64,000 bases of DNA from assembly GCA_964016885.1 (NCBI GenBank), contig OZ024740.1, forward strand, positions 157,852,001 through 157,916,000, read 5' to 3'. This document shows positions 12,710 to 24,118 of the stretch, piece after piece; position 1 is the stretch's first letter, and each line of letters opens with the position of its first letter. The notes below the pieces were generated by a model. The model was not told the DNA's origin, did not search any database, and saw only the letters and a list, made by a program, of their open reading frames with translations. Source of the stretch: Eledone cirrhosa. Lineage: Eukaryota. Position numbers and translations under genes: made by a program.

Positions 12710-15700
12710 CTACAGGATGGTATACAGAGAAGGCCCATTTACACGAGCCATTCTCGCCACTATCACCCACCTTTCATAAAACTGCCTGTGGCCAAGCACC
12801 TCTCTCTCCATTCTTATCCTTCTTCCGAAGTGATATCGGAAGAAGTAGACCAGACTATGGCCAGAGAGGAAGTTGCCTGACCTCAGACCTTTCAATCGTG
12901 TCCACCAAACAACCTCTTTCAACATGGCTATTACGCACAGAAAAACCGCCTTTGCTTCCTTTGTGAAGAGGGGAGGCGGTTTGATTGTCATCACGGACTC
13001 GGCGGGCAATTGAATCGGCGCCACCCGCGACAGCAGTCGTTCGGCGTAGCCCCACAGATCAGCCACGCCCGGACATTGCACCAATGCGTGCGCAACGGTT
13101 TCTTCGTGACGCACGCATCTAGGGCAAATCTTTTTTGAGGGATCCCTGCCCGGGCGCCCGTGTCTGTAGAGCCTATCTCGAACGGGTAGAGCCCCTCGGT
13201 AGCACTGCCAGGCCAGTGACTTCTGGAAGTTGTCCATTGGTCCTGGGCCGAAAGTCCTACCGAACAGGCTGGCCAGTTCGTCTTCTTCCATGTCCAGCGA
13301 CTCTCCAAGGGTGTCATCGCCCCTGCTAGCCACCAGCCCTCTATAGAATGATGAGGTGGATTCTCCACCGATGGCCTGGCCCGCTTGCCAGAGAGCCCTG
13401 AGCGCCTGAGCACATTCAGTGTGCCAGTCTCCCAGTTTTCCGGATCTTTGCTTGACCCAGGACTGTAGCTCGGTGAGCGAGACGAGTCTCGGAAAGGCTC
13501 GTTTCACGAACGGAGCCCACACCGGTTGACCAGTGAGGAATACCTGTAGGTGCCGTAGCCTTAATGCGTGCCTACGCATCATCAACCACGGCATCCCCAG
13601 CCCTCCTTTCGAAGGTTGTTGGCAGCAGATGGATCTTCTCACCATAGGAGGGCGCTTCTTCCAAAGAAATTGGAAGAGCATGCGTTCCATGGTGGTGAGT
13701 GTTTCCTTGGGGCAAGGCACGACAGTCAGGCGGTAGTAAGTGACGGACGCTATGTAAATGTTCGCCACCTCCGCCCGGCCTTTTAGGGACAGCTTACACT
13801 TGGCCCATTTCTGGGTTAGTGCAAACACCTTGTTCGTAACCTCGTTCCAGTTCTTTTCCACCTGGAGGTCCGGTCCAAACCAGACCCCAAGCAACTTTAC
13901 CGGGCCCTCCGTCCAGTGTCCGACGACACCGTCGGGAGGCATCGGTCTGCCTCTCCACGTTCCGAGTTGCAGCCCGATGGATTTTTCCCGGTTCAGTTTC
14001 GCTCCTGACAACTTTTCGTAATCCTCCAGTAAAGTACCGATCGCCTCGATCTCCGAGTCGGTCGATACCATTACTGTTACGTCATCGGCGTAGGCCGACA
14101 CCGCTTTGCTCAGTCCTGGTTCCATGGGGATACCCTGCAACAACTCCAACTTCCTCAGTAAAGGCTCGAGAGTCAATACGTACAGAAGGGAGGAGAGAGG
14201 GCACCCCTGTCGAATGGATCGTGTGATTTCGAACGGCTTCGAAAGGTAGCCGTTCACCTTGATCGTAGAACAGATATGGTTGCTATGTAAGGCAGTGATC
14301 CAGCCTCTGAAAACAGGACCGAACCCAGCCGTCGCTAGCACCGCATCCAGGTAACCATGGTCGACCCTATCGAAGGCCTTAGACTGATCCAAGTTGATCA
14401 GGGCCCCACCGAAGCCGGGTTTGTTGCCAACCCTCTCTATGATGTATCGCATGAGGTGGAGGTTATCGTGAATGGACCTGGATGGGATAGCACATGTCTG
14501 CGCATCTCCCACCAGGCCACCCACGACAAGCGCCAACCTCTTTGCTAACACCTTGGCCAAAATCTTTAACTCTGTGTTTAGCAGGGTTATGGGCCGAAAA
14601 TTATTTATACTATCTCCCTTGTTCTCGTCCTTCCTCACCAGCGTGACTACGCCCTTGGCTACAGAACAAGGAATTCTCCCGTTCTGCTGCCAATTGCAGT
14701 AGACCGCTTCGAGGAGTTCGGAGAAGAAGACCGGCATTGCTAAATAAAGTTCGTAAGGTATACCATCGAGACCTGGAGATTTGCGTCTGCTGCATTGGCT
14801 CAGCGCATCTCCGATCTCATCAGCCGAGATTGGTCCCTCGCAGGACTCTGCCTCTTCGCTCGAGAGACGCGGCAGGCCGTCGAGGTATGGACCGAAATCC
14901 ACGCCCCCGCCCGGACCCTCGCCTCCCCCGAACAATCGGGCAAAGTGCCTTTGAAAGGCCTCGCACATCTGCTTAGGCTCCCGGATCACCCGTCCATCTT
15001 CGTCTTGCAACGACCGCATGGTGGATCGATTTCCACTCTTAGCTTCTGTCACGCGGGCCCAGCCAACGGCTTTGGCCTCCTCATTACCTAGAGCACGTAT
15101 TTTACTTCGAATGACGAAGCCTTCGTGCTTTGCATCGAAAAACTGGTTCAAGGCCGTCCTCGATGCCAGCACTCTGGCCACATCTTCGCTCTTGATTGCC
15201 TCTTCTAATTTACCTGTTAATTCTTTCTCGTTTCTATTCCTATCGGCAGCTAACATCTTGCTATAACTTATTGATTCTGTTCTAATCTCTCTTTTGAGAG
15301 ATGCCCACCATCGGTTGTTGACGATTGCACCCGTCAACCTCTCCTTAACTAATCTGCTAATCCGGTTTCTGTAAGTCTCTTTTGCCGGTAAAGACAAATT
15401 AAGTTTCCAGTAACCGGGACCCTGTTTATGTGTTTTCTCGAGATTGACTACGCAGGTCACTAATTTGTGATCCGTGTAGCCAACCGTGCGCATTTCTGGA
15501 CAGCTTAATATGTCCCTATCCTTACTTCTAACTAAGAATCTATCTAAGTATGATCTAGATTGACCACTGTGGTTTCTCCAAGTCCAGGTAGGCACAGTTG
15601 GAAAATCTAGTCGATATCTATCGACCAAGTTAAAACGGTCGAGTAACCCCTTGAGGCTGTTACACCCCCCTCTATTAGGACATGCTCCTGCATAGTCCCA

Positions 15701-16147
15701 ACGTGCATCTAGGATGTCATTCCAATCCCCCGCTAGAAGCAGGGAACACGACGTTCCCAGAAAAGTCTCCAAACGCTGGAAGAAGTCGGGCCGTTCAGCT
15801 CCGAAAGCGGAGTAGACGGCGACCAGTCTCAAGGCCGCATCTTCACTACTGCCAACGTCTAGCACCAACAAACGACCCTCCGGGTCCGAGTGCACAACCT
15901 GTACGGCAAGACTCAGGTGTTTTTGCAGCAGTACGACAACCCCACCCCCACCTCCAGGTTGACAGAGAGATGCATGCACCTCAAAGTCATCGAAGGTGGG
16001 GGCCAGCTGCCGCACGACGCTGATTCGAGTCTCACAGATAACCATTACATTTATACCACATGACCTGAGGTCATTTAGAAGCTTTGCTTGCTTCCAAGTT
16101 GAGCCCAGGCCACATGCATTCAAACATCCTACTCTTAACACATCCAT
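12710..16147 (-). CDS. ORF2: APE endonuclease + reverse transcriptase + C-terminal CCHC (1145 aa, uninterrupted)
   Basis: LNACGL, ICET, AGDWN, SYLDRF, TDHK (APE); KSPGLDG, NFRPITLLN, LDQSKAFDRV, IRQGCPLS, YADD (RT); CPRC..ET..H...C. Confidence 0.95.
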   Translation of the reverse strand: MDVLRVGCLNACGLGSTWKQAKLLNDLRSCGINVMVICETRISVVRQLAPTFDDFEVHASLCQPGGGGGVVVLLQKHLSLAVQVVHSDPEGRLLVLDVGSSEDAALRLVAVYSAFGAERPDFFQRLETFLGTSCSLLLAGDWNDILDARWDYAGACPNRGGCNSLKGLLDRFNLVDRYRLDFPTVPTWTWRNHSGQSRSYLDRFLVRSKDRDILSCPEMRTVGYTDHKLVTCVVNLEKTHKQGPGYWKLNLSLPAKETYRNRISRLVKERLTGAIVNNRWWASLKREIRTESISYSKMLAADRNRNEKELTGKLEEAIKSEDVARVLASRTALNQFFDAKHEGFVIRSKIRALGNEEAKAVGWARVTEAKSGNRSTMRSLQDEDGRVIREPKQMCEAFQRHFARLFGGGEGPGGGVDFGPYLDGLPRLSSEEAESCEGPISADEIGDALSQCSRRKSPGLDGIPYELYLAMPVFFSELLEAVYCNWQQNGRIPCSVAKGVVTLVRKDENKGDSINNFRPITLLNTELKILAKVLAKRLALVVGGLVGDAQTCAIPSRSIHDNLHLMRYIIERVGNKPGFGGALINLDQSKAFDRVDHGYLDAVLATAGFGPVFRGWITALHSNHICSTIKVNGYLSKPFEITRSIRQGCPLSSLLYVLTLEPLLRKLELLQGIPMEPGLSKAVSAYADDVTVMVSTDSEIEAIGTLLEDYEKLSGAKLNREKSIGLQLGTWRGRPMPPDGVVGHWTEGPVKLLGVWFGPDLQVEKNWNEVTNKVFALTQKWAKCKLSLKGRAEVANIYIASVTYYRLTVVPCPKETLTTMERMLFQFLWKKRPPMVRRSICCQQPSKGGLGMPWLMMRRHALRLRHLQVFLTGQPVWAPFVKRAFPRLVSLTELQSWVKQRSGKLGDWHTECAQALRALWQAGQAIGGESTSSFYRGLVASRGDDTLGESLDMEEDELASLFGRTFGPGPMDNFQKSLAWQCYRGALPVRDRLYRHGRPGRDPSKKICPRCVRHEETVAHALVQCPGVADLWGYAERLLSRVAPIQLPAESVMTIKPPPLFTKEAKAVFLCVIAMLKEVVWWTRLKGLRSGNFLSGHSLVYFFRYHFGRRIRMEREVLGHRQFYERWVIVARMARVNGPSLYTIL

Positions 16148-16180
16148 GTGGGCGGCAGAGCCAAAGGAGAGTGTAGAGAC

Positions 16181-18082
16181 CTACCTTTCCGCTTCCCGGG
16201 ATTCGGGTTGCACGACTTCCATGGGGTCGGGGGTGTTGGGTGAAGGGGTGTCTTGTGGTGGTGTGGGGTCGTCAGTGTGTGGTGGGGTTGGGGTGTTTGG
16301 AGTTGTGTTGGGGAGGGGAAGGGGAGGGGGAAAGCTTTTTAGTAGGACGTGGTTTATGGGTTTGACAGAGGGTGGTCCTACGTCCTCCTTAAAATCCTTT
16401 TTTAGTTTTTGGTAGAGGTTCATTGGGATCTTTATTAATTTTAAATGTGGGTAGTTTTCTGAAGAAACAAAGTTTACACCTTCGGTTTGTACCGAAGGAT
16501 TATTGTTTATGAGTTCATTTAATTTATTATTGTTTCTGTTGATGTAAGTATAGTGTAATGTCTTTTTTTCGGATGGTGTGAGTGTTTCGAAGAGGGGAGG
16601 GGCAGGTTTGGTTTTGTTTGTTGCTGGAGGGGTGTTTTCTGTTTTGTTGGATTGTGTTGAGATTTGGGTGGGGGTTGTTTGGCCTTGTGTGTTTTGCACA
16701 TGTTTTCTTTTTTTCCTTTTAATCTGTCTGAAGGACTCCGTTTCTTCCTCCGAATTCGTTGGGTTATCTTCAGTGTTGGAGGGAAGAGGTATGTTTGCTG
16801 GTAATGTTTCCGTGTTGGTTTTCTTTGTGGGGGAGATGGATGTCACTATGTTAGACTGTGTTATGTGTTGTGTCTGCGGTGGTTGTGTTGTTTTATTGAG
16901 TGAGGGGTTGGGTGGGCCTGTATTTTGTTTTGGGGTAATGTGTTGTGACTGTTTGTGTTGTGGTGGTGGTGTGGTTTTACTGAGGGACGGGTTGGGTGGG
17001 ACTGAGTTTTATTGTTTGTTTATCTGTTGTGGTGGTGGTGGTGGAGCTGGTGTTGGTAGCAGGGTTTTCTTTTTGTTGAGTTGGGGACAAGCGGCCTTCA
17101 GGTGCCCTCTGCCTGCACAGATATGACAGGACGGCCTTCTCCCCTCCACGCTAATGTTTATATACCCGTGGCCCTCTAATAGGATTCTGTCGGGTATTTG
17201 GGCGATGCGTTCAGGCTTCATTTGCACTACCAGCTCTATACCTGTTCCACTGAACGCATTGCCTGTGGTTTTCCCAATGGAAATCACGTTGTCATTCACT
17301 GGATCGATGAAGCCAGCTATGAGCCAGCAGTAGTCCACATCTGGCATCATTGCATCCAGCCATATGCGTTGAGTTCTTTTACCCATATAAGATGGATAAA
17401 AGGTAAAATTTTTCGAACGAATCGGTGACAAAGCACATTTTTTTGCCGCCGATTCGTTCTTCATGATAATTGCTAGGCTTCCATACAGTCTGTCTTTTCT
17501 TATGAAAGTGGTTTCATTAAGTACTTCTGTGAGTACTGTTTTGATATCTGCTTGAGAAGGTTGTTCAGGTTTTTTTGTAGTGTTGTTGGTGGTGCGGAAA
17601 ACGACCGTTCGACTTTCAATGTCTTTGGTGAATTCTTGAGGCATTTTTACCGATAAAATACCATTCTCTCCTTCACTTATGTATTGTTTGGCGTCTGTGA
17701 TTCTTCGTGCCACATCTGGAATATTTTCGGGTATATAAGTCAAAGATTTCTTTGTTGTTTGTGCAAATGAAATCTTGACTCTGTCGTCTGCTTTGTTTTC
17801 TGTTATGGTGTTATTTTCAAATGTTATTTTTGTGTTTGTTGTGTCTTTGTTTGTGGTGTTAGTATTGTCATGCAATTTTTCAAATTTTTTTTTTTCGTTG
17901 TTGGAGTCCATGTCCAGATTTGTGTTTTCGTCATTTTTCTCCGCAGATTCGTCTGTTTTTATTTTAATTTTTCCTTCCTTCTCTATGACGTTAGTTGGGA
18001 AGGAAGGGGGGACTAAAGCGTGCGAGCTTACAACTCTTACCGCTGTCCCCCCACCACTATTTTCGTTCGCTTCGTTCAACAT
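16181..18082 (-). pseudogene. ORF1 (gag-like, CCHC knuckle) with one in-frame nonsense codon
   Basis: ORFs 17009-18115 and 16181-16846 share a frame, split by TAA at 17009-17011; CHICAGRGHLKAAC knuckle; first ATG at 18082. Confidence 0.8.
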
Positions 18083-19811
18083 TTCTGTCAGATGATTGAA
18101 ATTTTTTTGCCACAAAATTTTTTAAAACAGGTTTTTCACCTCTAGGAGGGGTAAAGATGAGCTGACCCACCGTCTGACAGTTCAGACGGGGGGTCAAGCT
18201 ACACAATGGTATCAAAATTAAATTTGAACTCACAAAATTTCCGTAATAAATTTGAACAAAACTTCTGCGCGAAGTGAATTACATCCACACTGTAGAACAG
18301 ACGACAGCTGGATTCGTAACCAACCTACAGATAGATGGACAACAATGTTCCTGGATGTACTTATTCAAGTATCTTTGTGCATTTATTTGTTTCAGTATGC
18401 TTCAGAGTTTGTGTACTTATTCATGGATGTATGTGGATGCATCATGGTCAAAAGCATCTACGTGTGTATGTGCGTGTTTATGTACGTGAATGTTCCGTTG
18501 TTATGTATAACAGCATATCTCTTTATGCATGTATGTGTATCTCTTTATGTGCGGATGTGTGGGTGTACATGTGAACGTATATCTACGTCCTCATATATAC
18601 ATCTACGTGTGTTTCTGTGTGCTCCTATGTATGCATATATATGTATGTGTGAGCACGTGTGTGCGCGAGTGTGTGTGCAGGTCATTAGGTGTTGGTCAGA
18701 CATTATCAGAGAAGATATATGTATACTCACGTCCGTTTGAATTATCATCAATACCAAACCTGTCAATTACAATGTACACCAATACCGTTAAGTCCACTAC
18801 AATTAAATCACCCATACCCCAGCCACTTTCTTTACACATCGTCTTCAACCAACACATCTAAGAAACTGCTAGAAATAGCAACCAAGTCTCCCTCGGGACA
18901 TGAAATACCCTGAATACTTTATTGGAAATAAAACATCCTTCATATGTCCGCCACTCTCAGGCTTCAATGTTTATAAATTGTGGATTGGAAAATTAACAAG
19001 AAAAAATTAGAAAAATCAAGAAAGGTGTATAATTTGTAAGGAGATTTGTGAGGCCTGTAACATTTGAGGAAGATTTCTACATACAGTTATTGAGCACTGT
19101 TTCTAAAGTTACAGAAGTATTAGAGTATATCTATCACTGCGGGTCAGCTAACCCCGAGACAAATAACCATCCATTGAAGTTCAGAGTTTATAGTTGAAAA
19201 GGAAAATGCGTGTATGTGAAAGGCTTGTAGGAAGTCAATGACATTAGATCTGCCTGGAATTTTGGCTGATGTTATGTGTAGTAGAAAGAACATACTTTCT
19301 AAGGTGAGGACAAGATGCAAAGATTCTATGAATCAGATAAAACCTATTAATGTATGTAAACTTGACACAAAGGGCTTAACTAATACTGCAGTCCTGATTC
19401 AAGATAAAAAGGATTTATTTTTATTGATGTAAATATATTTATTTATTTCCATATATATATATATATATATAGCGATTCGTGTGTGTATATGTGAGTGTAT
19501 GTGTCATTTTATACATTATTTACACTCTAAATTTGATACTCTATATACGAAATTATTGAGCACATTCGTAAATTGTTCTTGAGAATAAATGCCGATGAAA
19601 AATAAACACCCGTTGCTTCACCAAACTGGCTTACAAATAGACCAGCTCCATTTTCCCTATATTGACGTAAAATATGTTGTTCAAACAAACTTGGATCAGC
19701 TCAAGTTATAAATGTTCTTCCTTTTCTTGCTTCTCATTATAATTATCTGAACATCACTAAATTGTGGGGCTAGTCTCAGTTTTTCCACGTCACCCTATTT
19801 AGACTGTGAAG

Positions 19812-19813
<2 letters not shown>

Positions 19814-19881
<68 letters not shown>

Positions 19882-19920
19882 TCTCTCTCCATCTCTCTCC
19901 CTCTCCCTCTCCCTCTCTCA
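19814..19920. repeat. (CT)n microsatellite
   Basis: Directly visible. Confidence 0.95.
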
Positions 19921-19957
<37 letters not shown>

Positions 19958-20059
19958 CGTGTGTCCGTGTGTGTATGTGTATTTATTTATTTATGCATAC
20001 ATGTACATATACATATACATATACACTTACACGCATATATATATAAATATATATATATA

Positions 20060-20414
20060 CTAGCAGATTTACCCGGCGTTGCTCGGGGTTTGAAATTATG
20101 CTAAGAATATACAGCTAGGAAGTAAAAGAAGAACATTATTTGTCCCCAACCTGTCAAAATAAGCAGTCTCTTTATAAGGATTGTCAATAAAGTTGGTTAT
20201 CTCCCTTTTTTATAAGGATTTTGCTACCGATAATTTTGATATCAATTTTTTATTGCTCAACGTGGGTCGATTGGAAAAGCTTTTGTGATGTGACCATCTT
20301 AGCGACCTGTGCAACGTGCACAGAAAATTTTGTCAAATTCGGTTGGTAATTGTAAAAGCCTTAGGTAACCAAAGTTGCACACAGACACACACATCCTCGC
20401 TTTTATATATATAA

Positions 20415-20417
<3 letters not shown>
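20060..20417 (-). mobile_element. Non-autonomous Helitron (~358 bp)
   Basis: On the minus strand it starts TC (A|TCTTTATATATAT) and ends with hairpin CCCG-AGCAACGC-CGGG then CTAG|T; inserted in (TA)n. Confidence 0.8.
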
Positions 20418-20467
<50 letters not shown>

Positions 20468-20473
<6 letters not shown>

Positions 20474-22466
20474 TAACAGATTAAAGTTTAAGCAAAGAAT
20501 CGCTGGTTTCACCCTTAACGGGATCTTCTGAAACTAAAAAAGTCAATCTGTGAACGCAGAAGTAAATATTTCAAAAAACGTTGCAACCGAAGGAAGACAG
20601 GAAGACATACTTTGGTTCGTGGAAACGTTCCCTGGCAAAGAACGGAAAAAAACGAAGATAATACGTCATTATTTGGAGCGGTGAAAACAATTACACGCAA
20701 AGACAAAAACACGTTTATGGTATAAATGAAGTCGTAGACTAATCTTCTATTACGTGGTACATGGAGATGTTCTCTGGCAATGAACGGAAAAAACGAATAT
20801 TATGTGGAGCTTAAAGAACAATTACACGCAAAGACAAAACCACGTAACTGAAGTCGTAGACTAAAATTCTATTTAGGAAACCGAATGATTCTCGGCTTTA
20901 GAGATAAGAATAAAGTAAATAAAATACAGAGATAATTGAAATTAAATATATACATACACGCATCCATATACGTACATTCACAAGCATACGCGAAAACACT
21001 CGCCATGGGTATGCAAATACAAGCACGTACACAAAAAAAGAAAAACACGCACGCACATACAGAACCCACGCAACGCCTGTACCCGCACACATACGAACGT
21101 ATACACCAAATACACATAAAAATATATATAAAAACATGTACATGTGTGTGTCTGTGTGCGTGTATACATAATTAAATAAACGTATATAAATATACACACA
21201 TAAATACGTATATAACGCGTGTACGCACACACCTACATGAAATACTCATATGTTCTCGGACGTACGTCAACCAAAACACAAAGTACACATATACACACAC
21301 CCTACGTACGTACGAACCCGCATACTCACACAGGCGCAAAACTCACGTATACACATAACCAAATGCACATGTACCAGTATATATAATATATACGCCAATA
21401 ACATATACAAGCAAATATACGTATGAGAAAGTATACGTACCTTCACAAAACATACAGGTAATATATACTTACCTATACGAATAAGTAATGGTATTAACAT
21501 AACATATACTTAGCTACCACATCAAGACGTAAAATATCCGCGTATAGTTCGTACTATCCGTTAGGGTATAATGTGGGGCTGTAATACAGGAAGGTTTTGT
21601 GCAATTTATGTTTACAAGCCGAAATTGCCTCAGATTTTTTGTTTAAGATGTGGTCTTTGGCGTAGAGTATTTCCAGGGCCTCGGCGGCGCAGAGGTCGCA
21701 TGGTCTTTTATTTCCGTTATACCATCTAGCCTTAACTAGGATCTCCCAGTGTAACTTATATTGGGTGTGGTTGTCTTTTAGACTCCAGATATAAGCTGAA
21801 AGTGACGTCATATTCCTTCTTAAAGGGTTAAGAAAAGAATGGGTATGCGTGTAAAGACGCTGCTTGAATCTATTGGCGGTTAACCCTATGTAGGCCCTAC
21901 GGGACGTGGGTGTTTAAACCTCACATTTGTAGACAATGTTACCAGAGAGGCATTTCCCGGATAGGGGGCAGTCAACCCGATTCCTACAATTACAGTTAGT
22001 ACTAGCTACAGGGTTGCACGTGTTCCTACGGCTAGGTAATTTAGCTAAATTTGAAGCTGTGATGTTATGTGCAAGGTTAGGAGTGGTAGAGTAAGAAATT
22101 TTAATGGTATTTCTATTAAGAAATTTTATGTACAGGAAGGGAGAGAAAGATCTTAGCTAATGGTGTGGCCACATCCATATTATATGGTGGGTTATACCAT
22201 ATAATGCGTCGGGATATATTTTTCCTAGGTCTATTTTCGTACTCTGTATAAGCTACCTTATCAACAAATCCACTCCGAGCAAGAGCTTCATTGTAATATG
22301 AGGAATGGTCGTTGAAAATATCCTCGTTTGTAGATAGACGGGAAAGCCTCAAAGAAACTTTAATCTGTTATTTTAATAAATATTTGCTCTACGGTTCTTA
22401 TATATCTGATATATATTTATCCTTATCGAGCCCTCTTTGGATTTTAGTCTTCAAATTTATTATTAT

Positions 22467-22470
<4 letters not shown>
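20468..22470 (-). mobile_element. 5'-truncated Penelope-like element (RT C-terminus, GIY-YIG, 3'UTR) with inverted terminal copy
   Basis: RRIIWYNPPY, CPLSGKCL..NIVYKC, AYIGLT...FKQR, WEIL..CDLC..E motifs at 21554-22352 with stop and frameshifts; 22359-22377 is the reverse complement of 20468-20486; (TA)n on both flanks. Confidence 0.82.
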
Positions 22471-22560
<90 letters not shown>

Positions 22561-22616
22561 ATGTATAAAATATATGTATATATATATAATATATGTATAT
22601 ATATATATATATATAA

Positions 22617-22656
<40 letters not shown>

Positions 22657-22908
22657 GTGTATATGCGTGTGTGTGTCTGTATATGTATCGGTGTATACGT
22701 ATGTATATAGATAAACTGATAAGTAGTTGGTGTAATAGACAGATACAATTGAATACATAAACGTCAAACACAATTTGTGTGTGTCAGTTTGTATGTGTGT
22801 ACAAGAGAGGGGAAACCTAACGAAGGTATGTATGTTTATTTGCATTTATCTATGTATGATAAACGTAGAAGTTGGAGTGACAAAGACAAGAATATGTAAA
22901 AATACCGC

Positions 22909-22954
<46 letters not shown>

Positions 22955-23079
22955 CGTCAAAACTAAGACCAACCATAACAACAACATCGAACAGACAAAC
23001 AAAACAACAATAACAAAATAGAAAAGAAAAATAACAAGACGCTTGGCTGGTTCCTTTTAATGAAATTGGAAATAGCCCT

Positions 23080-23796
23080 ACCACCCACCACCACCATTAC
23101 TACCACCTCCACCACCACCACCACCACCATAGCACCATCACTACTACCACCTCCACCACCACCATAGCACCACCACTACTACCACCTCCACCACCACCAT
23201 CACAACCACCACCACTACTACCACCATTACCACCACCACCACCATAGTACCACCACTACTACCACCTCCACCACCACCACCACCACCACATTATCACCAC
23301 CAAAGCACCACCACTACTACCACCTCCACCACCACCATCACCACCACCACCACCACCACCACCACCACCACCATAGCACCACCACTACTACCACCTCCAC
23401 CACCACCACCATAGTTCCACCACTACTACCACCTCCACCACCACTATCACCACCACCACCACCACCACCACTACTACCACCTCCACCACCACCACCACTA
23501 CCACCACCACCACTACCACCATAGCATCACAACTACTACCACCTCCACCACCACCACCATCACCACCACTACCACCATAGCACCACCACTACTACCACCT
23601 CCACCACCACCACTACCATAGCACCACCACTACTACCACCACCACCACCATCACCACCACCACCACCACCACCACCACTATAACACCACCACCACTACCA
23701 CCATAGCACCACCACTACTACCACCTCCACCACCACCATAACCACCACTACCACCACCACCACCACCACCTCCACGACCATAGCACCACCACTACC
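23080..23796. repeat. Compound (ACC)n minisatellite with recurring ACCATAGCACCACCACTACTACCACCTCC unit
   Basis: Directly visible. Confidence 0.9.
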
Positions 23797-24072
23797 AGAA
23801 CAACAACTTATTATTTACCCACCAAAATGGAATTAAAACCACAACATCGTCGTCAAAAACATCATCATCACCACCAACATCACCACCAACAACACCACCA
23901 ACAACACCACCACCACAGCAACAACAACCACAACAACAATAACAACAATAGCAACAACTTATCTTTTACTCACCAAAATGGAATTAAAACCACACCATCA
24001 TCGTCATCAACAACATCACCACCACCACCAACAACAACAACAACATGCGCAGCAGCAACAACAACAACAACA

Positions 24073-24117
<45 letters not shown>

Positions 24118-24118
<1 letters not shown>

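Larger units (their letters stand above)
12490..18315 (-). mobile_element. Full-length Tx1/L1-clade non-LTR retrotransposon
   Basis: ORF1 + ORF2; 18-bp TSD GTAACCAACCTACAGATA at 12472-12489 and 18316-18333; 3' end AATAAAGAAATA with no poly(A). Confidence 0.95.

Noticed and set aside
18740-18975. Possible very old GIY-YIG remnant (also 10380-10930)
   Set aside because: Too decayed to support by eye
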